A stretch of 64,000 nucleotides of DNA from Octopus sinensis (GCF_006345805.1 NC_043002.1:4960001-5024000), one strand, 5' to 3'; positions 23,903-36,715 are shown, counted from the stretch's first letter. The notes: a model not told the origin generated them from the sequence alone. A program made the numbers and translations.

Positions 23903-24985
23903 CAACAGCAGTAACAGCAACAACAACCACCTTAAAAATGTTAACATATATATTTTACCTGATATATTTCGTTAACAACATCCTGCCAGTATTTCAATCT
24001 GATTTCACCAATTCTGGGATCTGTAGTTAAATCTTTTACCTGAAAATTATAAAAACAAAAAAAATATATATTTGTCATAGAAGAAAGATTGGGAAGAAAT
24101 ACCGAGATGTAATAAACCAAGAGATTTTAATTGATTAAACAGTTTCTGTCAACCAAATTTCATTCTCAAAAAATTAGTCAACTTGAGGTCACAGTAGAAC
24201 ACATTTGCTCAAAGTGACATGCAAGGGGACCGAATTGGGCATCAAATGTTTGGAAAGAAAAATTCTTGACTAAATGGCTGTAACATTTACATATGTAATT
24301 ACCTTATAATTTCATATATATATCAGTCTTTTACGATAACATGGTGAATCAGGTCAGTTAAAACTATACTACTAAAATGTAAACTTTTTTGAACTTATAA
24401 TATTCTGTGTATATATATACAGATGCAATACCAATATTCCACTGAACTTTTTAATAATTCTTTCTGGAAACTGTCTTTAACACTTTCTTAAGAATGTATA
24501 TATATATATATTGTAATCTTTTGTGCCCAATATTTTAATGAACTTGTTAAACTTTTTTATATTTTCCCAAGATTTTCCCTTGTAAACTGTTCTTATTATC
24601 AAAGAATGTATATATATATATATATTGTAATATTTTGTGACAACCGGTACCTAACACAACAAAGCTTTTACATTTTACTTTTGACAATCTTTTTCTAAAA
24701 AAGTGAAACCGGTAAAGTAAATAAACATCTTTTAAAATTGCATTTTCAAACCTTCTTTCATATATAATTCCACTTGTGCGGTACCTTACAACTTCACTTT
24801 GTTATATATATATATATATATAAACGATGGGCTTCATTCATCTACCAAATTTATTCAGAAGGCTTAGATGGCCCAAGGCTATAGTAGAAGACACCTGCCT
24901 AAGGTGCCATGTGGTGGGAATGAACCTGGAATCATGTGGTTGAGAAGTAAGTTTCTTAGCACACAACCATGCCGGTGCTTATATA

Positions 24986-25038
<53 letters not shown>

Positions 25039-25540
25039 ACATAGAAAGTATTATACTCCAAGCTCATCTGCATATTCCAGTAATCAAATGTGTGTAGATG
25101 CTTTATTTTAGTTGAGCGTATCCTACATATAAGTTCAAATTCCTGGTGAATTATAATATTTGCAGAGTATTTATGTATTAAAACGAAAACAGAATATTTA
25201 TGTATTAAAACATATGTAAAACTTTAATTCGGTGTCACACATATTTCATTACAAGATGGAAAATACATTTTATGAATATTAATGTTGATTTCAAACTTTG
25301 GCACAAGGCCAGCAATTTTGGGTGAACCCATGCTAGCATGGAAAGTGGATGTTAAATGATGATGATGATGGATAAGTCAATCACATCAACTCTAGAGCTC
25401 AACTAGTACTTATTTTATCGACCCCGAAAGGATGAAAGGCAAAGCTGACCTCAGCAGAATTTGAACTTAGAACGTAAAAACAGGCAAAATGCCAAACAGC
25501 ATTTTGCCCAATGTGGTAACAATTCTGCCAGCTTATGAAT

Positions 25541-25738
25541 CATCATCATCATCATCATCATCGTTTAACGTCCGCTTTCCATGCTAGCATGGGTTGGACG
25601 GTTCGACCGGGGTTCTGGGAAGCCATGGAGGCTGCACCAGGCTCCAGTCTGATCTGGCAATGTTTCTACAGCTGGATGCCCTTCCTAACGCCAACCACTC
25701 CGTGAGTGTAGTGGGTGCTTTTTACGTGCCACCTGCAC
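25541..25738 (-). mobile_element. RTE 3'-end fragment (family A)
   Basis: Conserved terminus and (GAT)n tail. Confidence 0.85.
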
Positions 25739-26306
25739 GTAATAATAATATAAATATAATAAACTCATAACAGAAAAATGCATACATGTATAAACATGTA
25801 GGACATCCCCAAATGACATAGATTCCAAATAATACAGTTAAACACTATACATCATAAATATAATGATACATATTCGTAATAAATGTACATACATATTATA
25901 TGCCTTTTTTGCAGAATTAGTTCAGATATTCACCTGGGCAATTTCAGCATTGAATGCCCTTAGTCCAAAAGCTGAGGTTCTTATTGATTTGGGATACAAA
26001 AGGGTGCACAAATAGTTTTCAAAATCAGTTTTTCTGAAAAATAAGGTAAAGTAGTTTTCATCATTATCTTAACGACATTGGTATTCAGACACTGTAGCAC
26101 AAGTCAATGAGAGCCTTTATGGGGGCAGTTAGGGTAAAGCCTCAAAATTACACATTACTATCTTAAAAAAGAGAGAAGGAAACATTAGATAATGTAATTC
26201 TAGATATCCCTAAGAAGATAGGTCATGGTTGGAATGCATTCGATCAAAGGTCAACTTAGGGGTAAAAACAACAATGGGTTACAGATTTCTATCATACAGA
26301 AAAAAA

Positions 26307-26647
26307 TTGTTCTATTGTGTCTGGGGAGAGTCATTTTCTTTTTGTGCCTTATTATTTAACACACTCACTGGTAAAATTTCCACTTATTCCTTATTTCTAT
26401 TGTCCTAAAAGTTTCCTTGCGTCTTGCAACCTTTTCAATAGTTTTGACTCTGTCCGTTATTTACTGATCACCTGCCATAAAGCTGCAGTGTAAATAACGG
26501 ACAGAGTCAAGACTATTGAAAAGGTTGCAAGACGCAATGAAAATTTTAGGACAATAAAAATAAGAAAAACGTGGGAATTTTACCAGTGAGTGTGTTACAT
26601 AATAAGGCACAAAAAGAAAATGACTTTCCCCAGACACAACAGAATAT
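26307..26647. mobile_element. Fold-back MITE with arms of about 155 bp
   Basis: The arms are reverse complements around a spacer of about 25 bp (26465-26489); the terminal motif CTGGGGAGAGTCATTTTCTTTTTGTGCCTTAT recurs at 57788-57819. Confidence 0.85.
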
Positions 26648-26664
26648 GCTTCAACACACAAACT

Positions 26665-26965
26665 CATCATCATCATCATCGTTTAACGTCCATTTTCCGC
26701 GCTAGCATGGGTTGGACGGTTTGACCGGGGTCTGGGAAGCCAGGAGGCTGCACCAGGCTCCAGTCTGATCTGGCAGTGTTTCTACAGCTGGATGCCCTTC
26801 CTAACACCAACCACTCCACGAGTGTAGTGGGTGGTTTTTACGTGCCACCGGCACAAGTGCCAGGGGAGTCTGGCAGCGGCCACGATCGGTTGATGCTTTT
26901 AACGTGCCACCGGCACGGAAGCCAGTCAAGGCGGTGCTGGTATCAGTCAAGCTCAGATGGTGCTT
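26665..26965 (-). mobile_element. RTE 3'-end fragment (family A)
   Basis: Conserved terminus and tail. Confidence 0.85.
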
Positions 26966-27288
26966 ATAAAGAATCTTGCAAACCAAATCCAAAAACGAAA
27001 TATAAAAAAATTGACTCTGTTTTAATTCAAATTTAATTCAATCTACATGGATTGTACAAATCTTGCTTGGGCCCAACCCTTGTCGGAGCAAACAAAGAAA
27101 CACACTTTGCATCACCAAGGTGGACATAGACGCTTGTACATACAAGATGTGGAATCTGTTGCCTCTGGGTGTTTTAATCTTCACATTCTTTTCTGCTACT
27201 AATGTCATCTCTAAACATATCCATACCACCAAAATAATAAAGATGTGATTACTATGGTTGAAAACGCTTTCCATCATAGATTTACATG

Positions 27289-27759
27289 GTCAAGTGAGAC
27301 CATAACCTGTGGCCTCTACACGGGATGTAGCCAGTCCACTTATGCATACCTTTCCTTCTTGGGACACAAAACTCTACTTGTGAAGACCTGTTGAGGCAAG
27401 TGAGATTCAAATCGATCAACATCAATGGAAATTGCAGCTGTGATACCAGTGCCAGTGGCACGTAAGAGAACCATCCGAACGTGGCCGTTGTTAGTGCCCT
27501 GACTGGCCTCGTGCCGGTGGAACGTAAAAAGCACCATCCGTTCATGGCCATTGCCAGCCTCGCCTGGCCCCCGTGCCGGTGACACGTAAAAAGCACCCAC
27601 TACACTCACGGAGCAGTTGGCGTTAGGAAGGGCATCCAGCCGTAGAAACATTGCCAGATCAGACTGGGCCTGGTGCAGCCTCCTGGCTTCCCAGACCTCA
27701 GTTGAACTGTCCAACCCATGCTAGAATGGAAAGCGGACGTTAAACGATGATGATGATGA
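27289..27759 (+). mobile_element. RTE complete 3' UTR (family A)
   Basis: Starts at the ORF2 stop region (CAAGTGAGACCATAACC) and ends GGACGTTAAACGATGATG. Confidence 0.88.
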
Positions 27760-28645
27760 CCACTCACTGCAATTTCCTTATCCTCATCCATTTGTCATTC
27801 TTCTTCATACTCCCACAAACTTACTCACCCATACAATTCTCTTATAGTCACTTTCCTGTAACTTGCAGGTACACCTTGATAAATCTTCACTTTCTTTTCT
27901 AATTGGGGTAACCACATATCTTCCTCGAGCAAGACACCTGTCCCTGTCCTTCAATCATGCTTAAACCTCTCATCACCTGCCATAAAGCTACTTCTCTCAA
28001 TACCACACCCCACCAAGTGCTGGTGCCACATAAAGAGCATCTGGTACCCTATGTAAAGTGGTTGGCATTAGGAAAGGCATCTAGCCTTAGAAACCTAGTC
28101 AAAGTAGACACTGGAATTTGGTGCAGGCCTCTGGTTTGTCAGCTCCTGTCGAGCTGTCCAACCCATAACAGCATAGAAGATGGACATTAAATGATGATGG
28201 ATATTCATTGTGAATCAATGAGATATAACACAAGCACTAAATGTTCACAGTGAAAAATTCCATCACACTCTGAGTTAAAATGAATTATATACACACACTT
28301 GCATGCACACACACATATATTGTAACAACAGTTTTATAAATTGTTAACAATTTTAACCTTGGCTACAACACTGAGAGTGACCTTTAGACTAAGAAGAAAG
28401 GGTGTTTTTTTTAAATTCTTAAAATTTATAAGAATTTCTGTAAGGACAAAATTACAGACTGTAACCCCAAATTTGTGGTCATCCTTTACAATTTCCCTAA
28501 GTGTTAAATTCCATAACCTGAATGACCCGTGACGTGGGAGATGCCTGTATATTTTGGGAATTGGACAGTTTCATCAAACTATTCTTCAGATGAGACTGGC
28601 AGTTGTTGGGATATGCTGAATATTCTGATTCCTGAAATAAATATT

Positions 28646-28727
<82 letters not shown>

Positions 28728-28732
<5 letters not shown>

Positions 28733-28853
28733 TTAATCAGCCGAAATTGCGAGGATGATCCGATTCTTAACTGAAAATTAAGGCTTCGAATGACCTGTCC
28801 GTGTTTTTTGTATCGTCTTCTGGATGTTTTGCGTTCTTGTCCCATTTTGTATT

Positions 28854-28885
<32 letters not shown>

Positions 28886-28976
28886 GTAGGTCCGGGTTGA
28901 TCCGGGTTAACCACAGTAAGTAAGGTACAACAGTACTAGTCCTGTAGAAGCTCCTTCTATATAATAAATATATATA

Positions 28977-29016
<40 letters not shown>

Positions 29017-29140
29017 TTAATCAGCCGAAATTGCGAGGATGATCCGATTCTTAACTGAAAATTAAAGGCTTCGAATGACCTGTCCGTGTTTTTTGTATCG
29101 TCTTCTGGATGTTTTGCGTTCTTGTCCCATTTTGTATTTA
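28728..29140. repeat. Two near-identical 128-bp direct repeats embedded in (TA)n
   Basis: 28728-28855 versus 29012-29140; one indel. Confidence 0.92.
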
Positions 29141-29171
29141 TATATATATAATATATATATACTGGTGCCAC

Positions 29172-29208
<37 letters not shown>

Positions 29209-30255
29209 ATACAGTATTAAGTTTTCTTTTCCATAACAGCATGTGTACACAGTACTTTTCCACGTTTGTGATTAAAAAAGAGGGGAAAAAACCACATGCT
29301 CAAAATATCATATACTTTTGCTATTTGAGAGTACAGTAACCAAGAATTCTATTTGATGAGTATTATGACAGCACAGGAAACGATGACCTGGAGCAGTTTC
29401 GAAAAATAGCCACCCAATGTTAAGTTTTTCTAGACTTTATTAATCGGTGTTGTTAAATCTCAAGATAATCCAGACGTTTTACAAAAGGAATCGAAAGCGA
29501 ATTCAAGTACACAGCGCCGCGATAGTTTTAACAACAAAAGAGATGGGGATTAATGAGCGAGATTAGCAACTCTGCGCGTAAAAATATTTCGTACTTAGAA
29601 AACATCAAGGGTAAGCAAAACATGCTGGCTAGTATAGAGCAAGGGAGTATAAGGACAGACGAGGTCGTTCGGTCAAGGCCCTACTCCAGAAGCTGGAACA
29701 CCCTCTGGACACAGGGTGCATGTTGTCCTTACAATTAATGTGGCAGCGTGTTTGGATTCACTTGGTACTGCATGAGGAGTGGGGCCCATGCAGCCATTTC
29801 ATCTTCCATTATTATATAATATTCATACTCATTCGTTTTGTGTTTACTGTCCCCACTGTGGTGTTGTGTCTGTCCTTGTAGTGTCCCCCTCTGTGTTAGT
29901 GGCCTGAGTGCCAAAATAAAGAAACTGTGTTTGGATTCACTTTTGATTCTTTCAGTGATTTTCGGATTATTTTGGGATTCAAACAATAACGATTACAAAG
30001 TCCTTCCAGACTTTCTTTTGGGGGGCTATTTTCCCCAAAATACTCTCGATCGTGTTAACACAATGCTTATTATACTGAATTATTTGTTATTATACACGGT
30101 AACAACAGAAGGTTTAGATTTCGTGGGAAGCATTAGAATCAGAATCATCGCACCAACTTACAAGGCAGATTTCATGGGATAAGAGCACTTGAAATGTTTG
30201 ATAGTTATGGATAAGAAAAACAATGCAGAAAAATGAAAGAACCTAATCTAACACC

Positions 30256-30570
30256 GGTACTACTAGCGAACAGTGGTCCTAAAACGACTTGCGGGTATGT
30301 TTGTATTTCGAGGGTGAATACATATCAAAGAAAATTAAATATTTTTCGAACAAAGTAAATAAAACGCAAAGTAAATAATTTTTTAAACTAAGTAAATAAA
30401 TTATTTTTATAAACAAACTAAGGTTAGTGTTAGGTTTAGGGTTAAGGTTAGGGGTTAACAAATTTGGGTTAGGGTAAGGGTTAAAAAGTTGTTGTAGGAT
30501 CGACTACTTACGACTAGCTAACGGGGATGCGCGAGTGCACGCACCGGGAGCACTGTTCGCTGGTAGTACC
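30256..30570. mobile_element. Merlin-type MITE (20-bp TIR, 8-bp TSD) with a degenerate (TTAGGG)n tract
   Basis: TIR GGTACTAC(T/C)AGCGAACAGTG at 30256-30275 and 30551-30570; TSD CTAACACC at 30248-30255 and 30571-30578. A GGNRM start plus an 8-bp TSD fits Merlin. Confidence 0.78.
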
Positions 30571-32897
30571 CTAACACCTAATCATGCTTGACAATAACAT
30601 AAGTTTCACCCACCTAACCATATTCATGCATAATTCCACGGGGTTTTGCGTTGTACCACTTTTCGTACTTTTGTTGAGTGTCATGGTTTTCCAGAGAAGC
30701 AACTGTCGTTTATAATAGGACACATGTCGGTTACATAAGAAGCTGCGATATTGTGTCATACTCACGAAAGAAACATGTAATTAGCAATAAAAGAACGATG
30801 CAACAACTGTTTGTCTATGCATTGAAAGGTAATAAGAGTTGATAAGGGCCAGGTTTTGTTTTGCTGTATAAACATCAATTTCCTCGCTCGCACCTTTTCA
30901 TGTCAGATTTCACCTTGGATGGGAGCAAGTTTAAGGGAGATAACTAACCCTGACTAAACGGGCCTCGTTACACCGGTCAGCATTGCCGTACCCGACTCCC
31001 TAATTATTTCTGGGACCTTAGACACTCCCCACCACATCCCCATCAAATTAATAAGATTGTTTTCAAATTTTGGTACAAGGCCAGCAATTTTGGAGGAGAG
31101 GGCAATCTTTCGTTTCGAGTAGACCTTTCCGTCGATTTCCGTAAAAAACTTTTTTTTTTTATATATGGGCTTGCGGGAACTTTTGAAGTAATGAGAGCGA
31201 AAGAGACTAAGAGAAAGCGATTGTATGACGAGGGAAGTTCTTTTGAAGTTACCGTGCATGGGAAGCATTGATGGGCGTAACTTCGGTATAGGTACTGAAA
31301 GTACCGGATGCATTTCAAGAAAGTGTTTCTCGAAATGTTAAGTGTTGTTTTTTTTATGTATATGGGGGGGGGGGTTAGGGGGGGGAGAAAGGGTTTCTGT
31401 TATCTTCAGAAATGTAAACAAAGCAATTTCCAGTACTTACGGTACCTATACCGAAGGATAGCCCTGACGGCCATTTACATCTACCTCAGTACCCAACTGG
31501 TTCTTATTTTATCGATTCCGAAGGATGAAAGGCAAAGTCAATTTCGGTAGAATTTGAACTCAGATCGTAAAGTCTGATGAAATGTCGCTAAGCATTTTGC
31601 CTGGCGTGCTAACGATTCTGTCAGCTCGCTGCCTTACTAACAATATTATTGCACTTGAATTTACCATTAATCTTTGAATTTTCTTTTTTTTTTTTTTTAC
31701 CTTGATACTCATTCCATCGACAAAGTCGTTTAAACATTAATCTCAGTTCCTCAATTACAGCGGCCTTTTTTTTCTTCTATTTTTATTTTATTTAAAGATG
31801 CGGTGATTCGTCATAACAGTTAGAGCTTCGGATGGGATGCTTTGTAGTGTCTCTTCCGGGTCTTTGCAATTTTAAAAGTAAGCCCGCGACGGCACTGGTG
31901 CCAAGCTCTATCGATCCCAAAGTATCACTCGGGTGACGTAGAGATGTGAAACAACTGCCACCTATTCGCAAAATCCTTGCCCAGAACTGCGTAAACAAGT
32001 GCAGCTACATGGGCAATCTTGTCCGATTGAGGCCTTATCTTTTCTAAGGATCTCGCAGGCTCTCTGCTAAATTACTGGCGTTACCCCGAGCTTCAAACAT
32101 CAACTGCTTAAGTTTAGGTTTAACTTCAGTCAAAGTTTGGTGATGGCATTTAAAAATATGGGTCGGAGTGAGTTCCAGAAAATTGCAGTTCTAGGAAGAA
32201 GCGACCAGGTGATTTTTCTATGTTGTTGTTTAGCCCCAGGTCAGCCTTCATCCATCAGAATTATGATCAAAAGCAAACCAGCTGTGAACACCTGGTCTTT
32301 TTGGTATAATTTTTTCGTCCATAGATGCAACATTTAGGTTATGGCTTTAGTTGTACACAGCTTAGAGGGTATTTATCTCTATTCTCAGACTGAAAGAAAC
32401 TATGGAATCTACTTCTCTTTCTGAAGATACATATTTCGGATCTTTTCTAAAAGATGGACAGAATTTTCTACATCTTTTAGAAAAGATCCCATATGGATCT
32501 TTCCTAAAGATCCCATATTTCTTCTATTCAAACTTAGAAACAAAAGCTTCAGCTTTTTAATTTTTTTTCTTATATTGGCTCAAATTGTATGGAAGAGATG
32601 TTGGTAATCAAACTAGTTTCAATATATTATTGATAATTATAATATTGATTGGGGAAGAATAAAGAGCAAAGTCATTATATAGAATAATAAGATAATAAAA
32701 ACAAAACATCAAAAGAATAATATAGAAAATATAAGCGGACGTAAACCCATTATCAATTAGTAGACCGCTCGTTACCAAGTGCAAATACTACAATAATTAT
32801 TTATTAGATGATAATAAATCGAGAAATGAACTGGAGATAGTGGGCCTGTTGCTATTTTCTCTCTTGTATTGATGTTAAATATCATTTTAATGTTAAA

Positions 32898-33284
32898 CTA
32901 GCAGTATCGCCCGGCGTTGCTCGGGTTTGTAAGGGAAATAACTATATAAGCATTTTTAGAGATGTAAAGTATAATAGCCATCTCAATATGGCTAACCACA
33001 TACTACTGTAGCTTTTTACGTTCTGAGATTTAATAATACATTTTTAGAGAGTTACTTCCCTTATAAATGCCAAAAATGCATTAAAAATGGGAAAAATTGA
33101 TGGTAATTTTTTTTTTAAATCGTAGACTCATCGTAGACGCGCGCTAATACCCAGAAGGGCTCGATTTGAATCACGACTATAAGATACCCGGTTTTGGTTA
33201 AACTGCACTGCAAAATGTGGGAGTAGTTAGGAATCTAAATCGTAGGAGACAGACAGCACACAACCTCACTTTTATATATAAAGA
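32898..33284 (-). mobile_element. Non-autonomous Helitron
   Basis: Minus strand begins A|TC and ends with the hairpin CCCGAGCAACGCCGGG followed by CTAG|T; no TSD. Confidence 0.82.
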
Positions 33285-33417
33285 TATAATTTAAATGTAA
33301 CAAGAACTGAAATAGCATGACGCTACTGTTGATGTTTAAGCAGAGGTCAGTCTGATCAGACTTATCATCAAAGTTGTTCTAATCATGGGCAGTTCATTAT
33401 TTAAGCAAATATATAAA

Positions 33418-33642
33418 AGACGAGCTGGCAGAAACGTTAGCACGCCGGGTGAAATGCTTAGGGGTATTTCGTCTGTCGTTACGTTCCGAGTTCAAATTCC
33501 GCCGAGGTCGACTTTGCCTTTCATCCTTTCAGGGTCGATAAATTAAGTACCAGTTACGCACTGGGGTCGATGTAATCGACTTAATCCCTTTGTCTGTCCT
33601 TGTTTGTCCCCTCTATGTTTAGCCCCTCGTGGGTAGTAAACA
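33418..33642 (+). mobile_element. SINE family C monomer
   Basis: Collinear with 21887 and 63160. Confidence 0.9.
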
Positions 33643-33973
33643 AATATATATAAAAGGCGACACTATATCAATTTGTCCTTCCCTTTCAATTACGGTAGAG
33701 CATGATCTGTGGGTGACTTAATTGTTCTTTCTAGGAAGTGGGTGGGTGCACCTTAACCTGAATTTTATAGTAGACTCTTTCACTTGGTCGCTGATTGTGG
33801 CGGGGTCAACCCTTTTAATGTAATGCATTGCTGTATTTCCCCTTCGCAAGGTTTTAGCCGAATTTTAAACAATCACGTTCAGAACCACGACTTACCATTC
33901 TGCTGCAAAAGACAATATCAGTTATGGAAAATTAATGCTTACATGAACATAAAATCGTCCAATTAGATCAGCT

Positions 33974-34306
33974 GAGACCCCCTTCGGTCATGACTGACCA
34001 TGGGATTGCACCTAGAAAGTTACCCTCCTAATCACATGTCTGGGCATGGTTGTTTATGGAAGACCAGCAGTCGCCCATGCATACCGGCTTCCCCTCTCCA
34101 CGCCACCAGTGTTATCCAAGAGAAAGGCAAAGGGGCCGATACAGCTTGGCACTTGTGATGTCGCAACTCATTTCTACAGCTGAGTGAACTGGAGCAACGT
34201 GAAATAAAGTGTCTTGCTCAAGAACACAACACGCAGCCCGGTCTGGGATTCGAGCTCACAACCTCACGATCGTAAGCTCGACGCTCTAACCACTGAGCCA
34301 TGCGCC
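33974..34306 (-). mobile_element. tRNA(Arg)-like CORE-type SINE (head H2 + tail T2) with a 13-bp TSD
   Basis: AATTAGATCAGCT at 33961-33973 and 34307-34319; head GGCGCATGGCTCAGTGGTTAGAGC...TTACGAT...TCGAATCC; CORE-like CTTGAGCAAGACACTTTATTTCAC. Confidence 0.88.
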
Positions 34307-34758
34307 AATTAGATCAGCTAGTGTATAATCAAGTGAACTGGAATCTCCCCACCAAATAGCTTAGTCGAACATTGTAGAAACTCCGTTGGGCATTAGAAAA
34401 AAAGCTGGGATTTCGAACTCCCAGAGAGAACGACCTGATGTGCTACTTGAAGCTATGTCAGGTAGCATTGTCGCAAGGCGATCTCATTTTTTTCTACTTA
34501 ATTTGTTCTTAACAATTACGAACTGTTTTCTCATTATCATTTAACACATAATCCAGTGAAAACTTTTACTTATATTTTATATCTCTTGAATGCTCTTCTA
34601 TCTATTCAAGTGTTGTATATGCAAATAACAAAATTAGTGTGGTTGTAATAATGAACTATTTTGGTTTGGTTAAGATATGGAAGAATAAAAGGTCTCTGTG
34701 CAGTTCGAAATTCATATTTATTTATCATTAACAAAATGACACCGTTATAATGAAAGAC

Positions 34759-34790
<32 letters not shown>

Positions 34791-35200
34791 CACTAAATGA
34801 AACTGTTCAGTAATTGTGTAAGATATGTGAGTCAGCAAGAACAGTAGACTAGCAGATGACAAATTGTGTAGCCGAAGTTGGCTGACATAAGTTCCTATGG
34901 CCATTGGTCTTGGCTAGGCTGCGAACACTATGGTCGTGGTCCGTATCCACTGTTGAGTGGTGTAGAGACGTATAGCCATTGATCTTTGCTGAGAAGCAAC
35001 CACTGGCTAGCTTGCATATAAACAAACTATATACAACTAATGTCTATCATAGAAAAGGCGCCAAAGACAAAACTATTAATGACATTTCAATGTGCTGTTT
35101 GTCCAAAAAGTGCTTACAATACTGGGAATCTAGAGAGTTAAACATCTGTTTGTTCTACTGTTTATTTCGCTGGGCAAAATAGCTAATGATAAAAAAGAAA

Positions 35201-35967
35201 AACTGCCACACCCTAGCGGTGGAGGGAACCTGTGGAAGAGGTAGATCCAGGAAGATCTGGGATGAAGTGGTGAAGCACGACCTTCAAACATTAGGCTTCA
35301 CTGAGGAAATGACTAGTGACCGAGACTTTTGGAAATATGCCGTGCTTGCAAAGACCCGGCAAGCCAAATGAGACCATAACCTGTGGCCTATGCCAGGAGT
35401 GTAACCAGCCCACTTATGCGTACCTTTTCCTTCCTTGGACACTAAACTCTGCTTGCGAAGACCTGTTGAGGCAAGTGAAATCAAAATCACATTCGATGAC
35501 TGGCATCCGTACTAGCAGGGTGCAAAGAGCACCATTCGAGTGTGATCGTTACCAGCGTCGCCTTACTGGCATTTGTGCCCGTGACAGTAGGGTGCCAAGA
35601 GCACCATCCGAGCGTGATCGTTGCCAGAGCAGCCAACTGGCTTCCATGCCGGTGGCACGTAAAAGGGCACCATTCGAGCGTGATCATTACCAACGTCGCC
35701 TTACTGGCACCTGTGCTGGTGGCATGCATAAAAAGATTCGAGCGAGGTCATTGCCAGCACCGCCTGACTGGCCCCGTGCCAATGGCACATAAAAAGCACC
35801 CACTACACTCTCGGAGTGGTTGGCGTTAGGAAGGGCATCCAGTTGTAGAAACTCTGCCAGTTCAAGATTAGAGCCTGGTGCAGCCATCTGGTTTGCCAGC
35901 CCTCAGTCAAAATCGTTCAACCCATGCTAGCATGGAAAGCGGACGTTAAACGATGATGATGATGATG
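35201..35967 (+). mobile_element. RTE ORF2 C-terminus plus full 3' UTR with expanded internal units
   Basis: ORF 35186-35371 ends GRGRSRKIWDEVVKHDL..LGFTEEMTSDRDFWKYAVLAKTRQAK*, followed by the family A UTR and (GAT)n. This links family A to RTE. Confidence 0.9.
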
Positions 35968-36715
35968 AATACATCCTTAATGCGTTTATCAGACTCGAAC
36001 GGGTAAGTCGCTTGCTGACGTCAACAATCCTTGATGCATCCTGTTTATTGTTACTTCGATACTTTTACGTTTGAACACAGTGACTCGAGTTCGATTCCTA
36101 GGCAGTGAGACTGTGTTTGGTCTGCCAAATATTCCTGCCACACGGTAATCGTGAAAGTAACATGGAGACTACCAAATATTATTATCAATAACTATTTAAT
36201 AATCTTAATACCACACTAAACCTCTAATGTAGCCTTCTGTAGTCATTACGGTAGGAAGTCAGTTAAAGAGACATTGGCTACTGTTTCTAGCAAGTAAGCT
36301 AGTCTCACTCGCTAACTAGTCTGAGATGGAATATAAAACCAATAGGAAAATTATTTAAGGTTCACCGGATACCGGTGTAAAGCAAGAATAATGTTGCACT
36401 AAAGATTGAAGACTAAGGCATGGAAGGAAGTTAATTAATAATTAATAATAATTATAATGCATAAAATGCGTAACTAGAAATAAAATTGACTAATATTAAA
36501 ATTTTGACTACACAATAGTTTGGGTTTTTGGGTACTAAATAACGGCGATCTTTCATGAACAGAAACTAGAATAAAGGAATTCAATACAAACATCATTATT
36601 TTCTAAAATACAACTAACACTTCATACATGCATATTAAATGGTGTTATTTTAGCCAATATATATATATATGAAAAGATCCGCAGTATTTCTTGTTTTGTA
36701 GTTTATTGGATCCAG

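Noticed and set aside
23521-24030. 169-aa ORF and a possible HDV-like ribozyme in the chimeric SINE body
   Set aside because: No recognisable domain. A P3-like stem and CGAA exist, but I could not find a matching P1 strand or canonical L3.
28760-28800. Possible hammerhead in the 128-bp direct repeat
   Set aside because: CTGAAAA...GAAT deviates from CUGANGA/GAAA at non-CpG positions, and no convincing stem III is present.
31790-32100. CpG-richer segment with faint RT-like (DRAWH..GL.FKI) or SWIM-like (HVAALVYAV) words on the minus strand
   Set aside because: The motifs are short, interrupted by stops and lack supporting residues; this cannot be assigned without a search.
32438-32513. Perfect 19-bp inverted repeat plus a third related copy
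   Set aside because: Real, but short, AT-rich and without TSD or other context; most likely a local duplication.
34235-34306. tRNA-Arg-like sequence (similar heads at 23327, 9780-9853, 11097 and 21887)
   Set aside because: It has A/B boxes but no complete cloverleaf, continues into repeat bodies and is bounded by TSDs. These are SINE heads, not tRNA genes.
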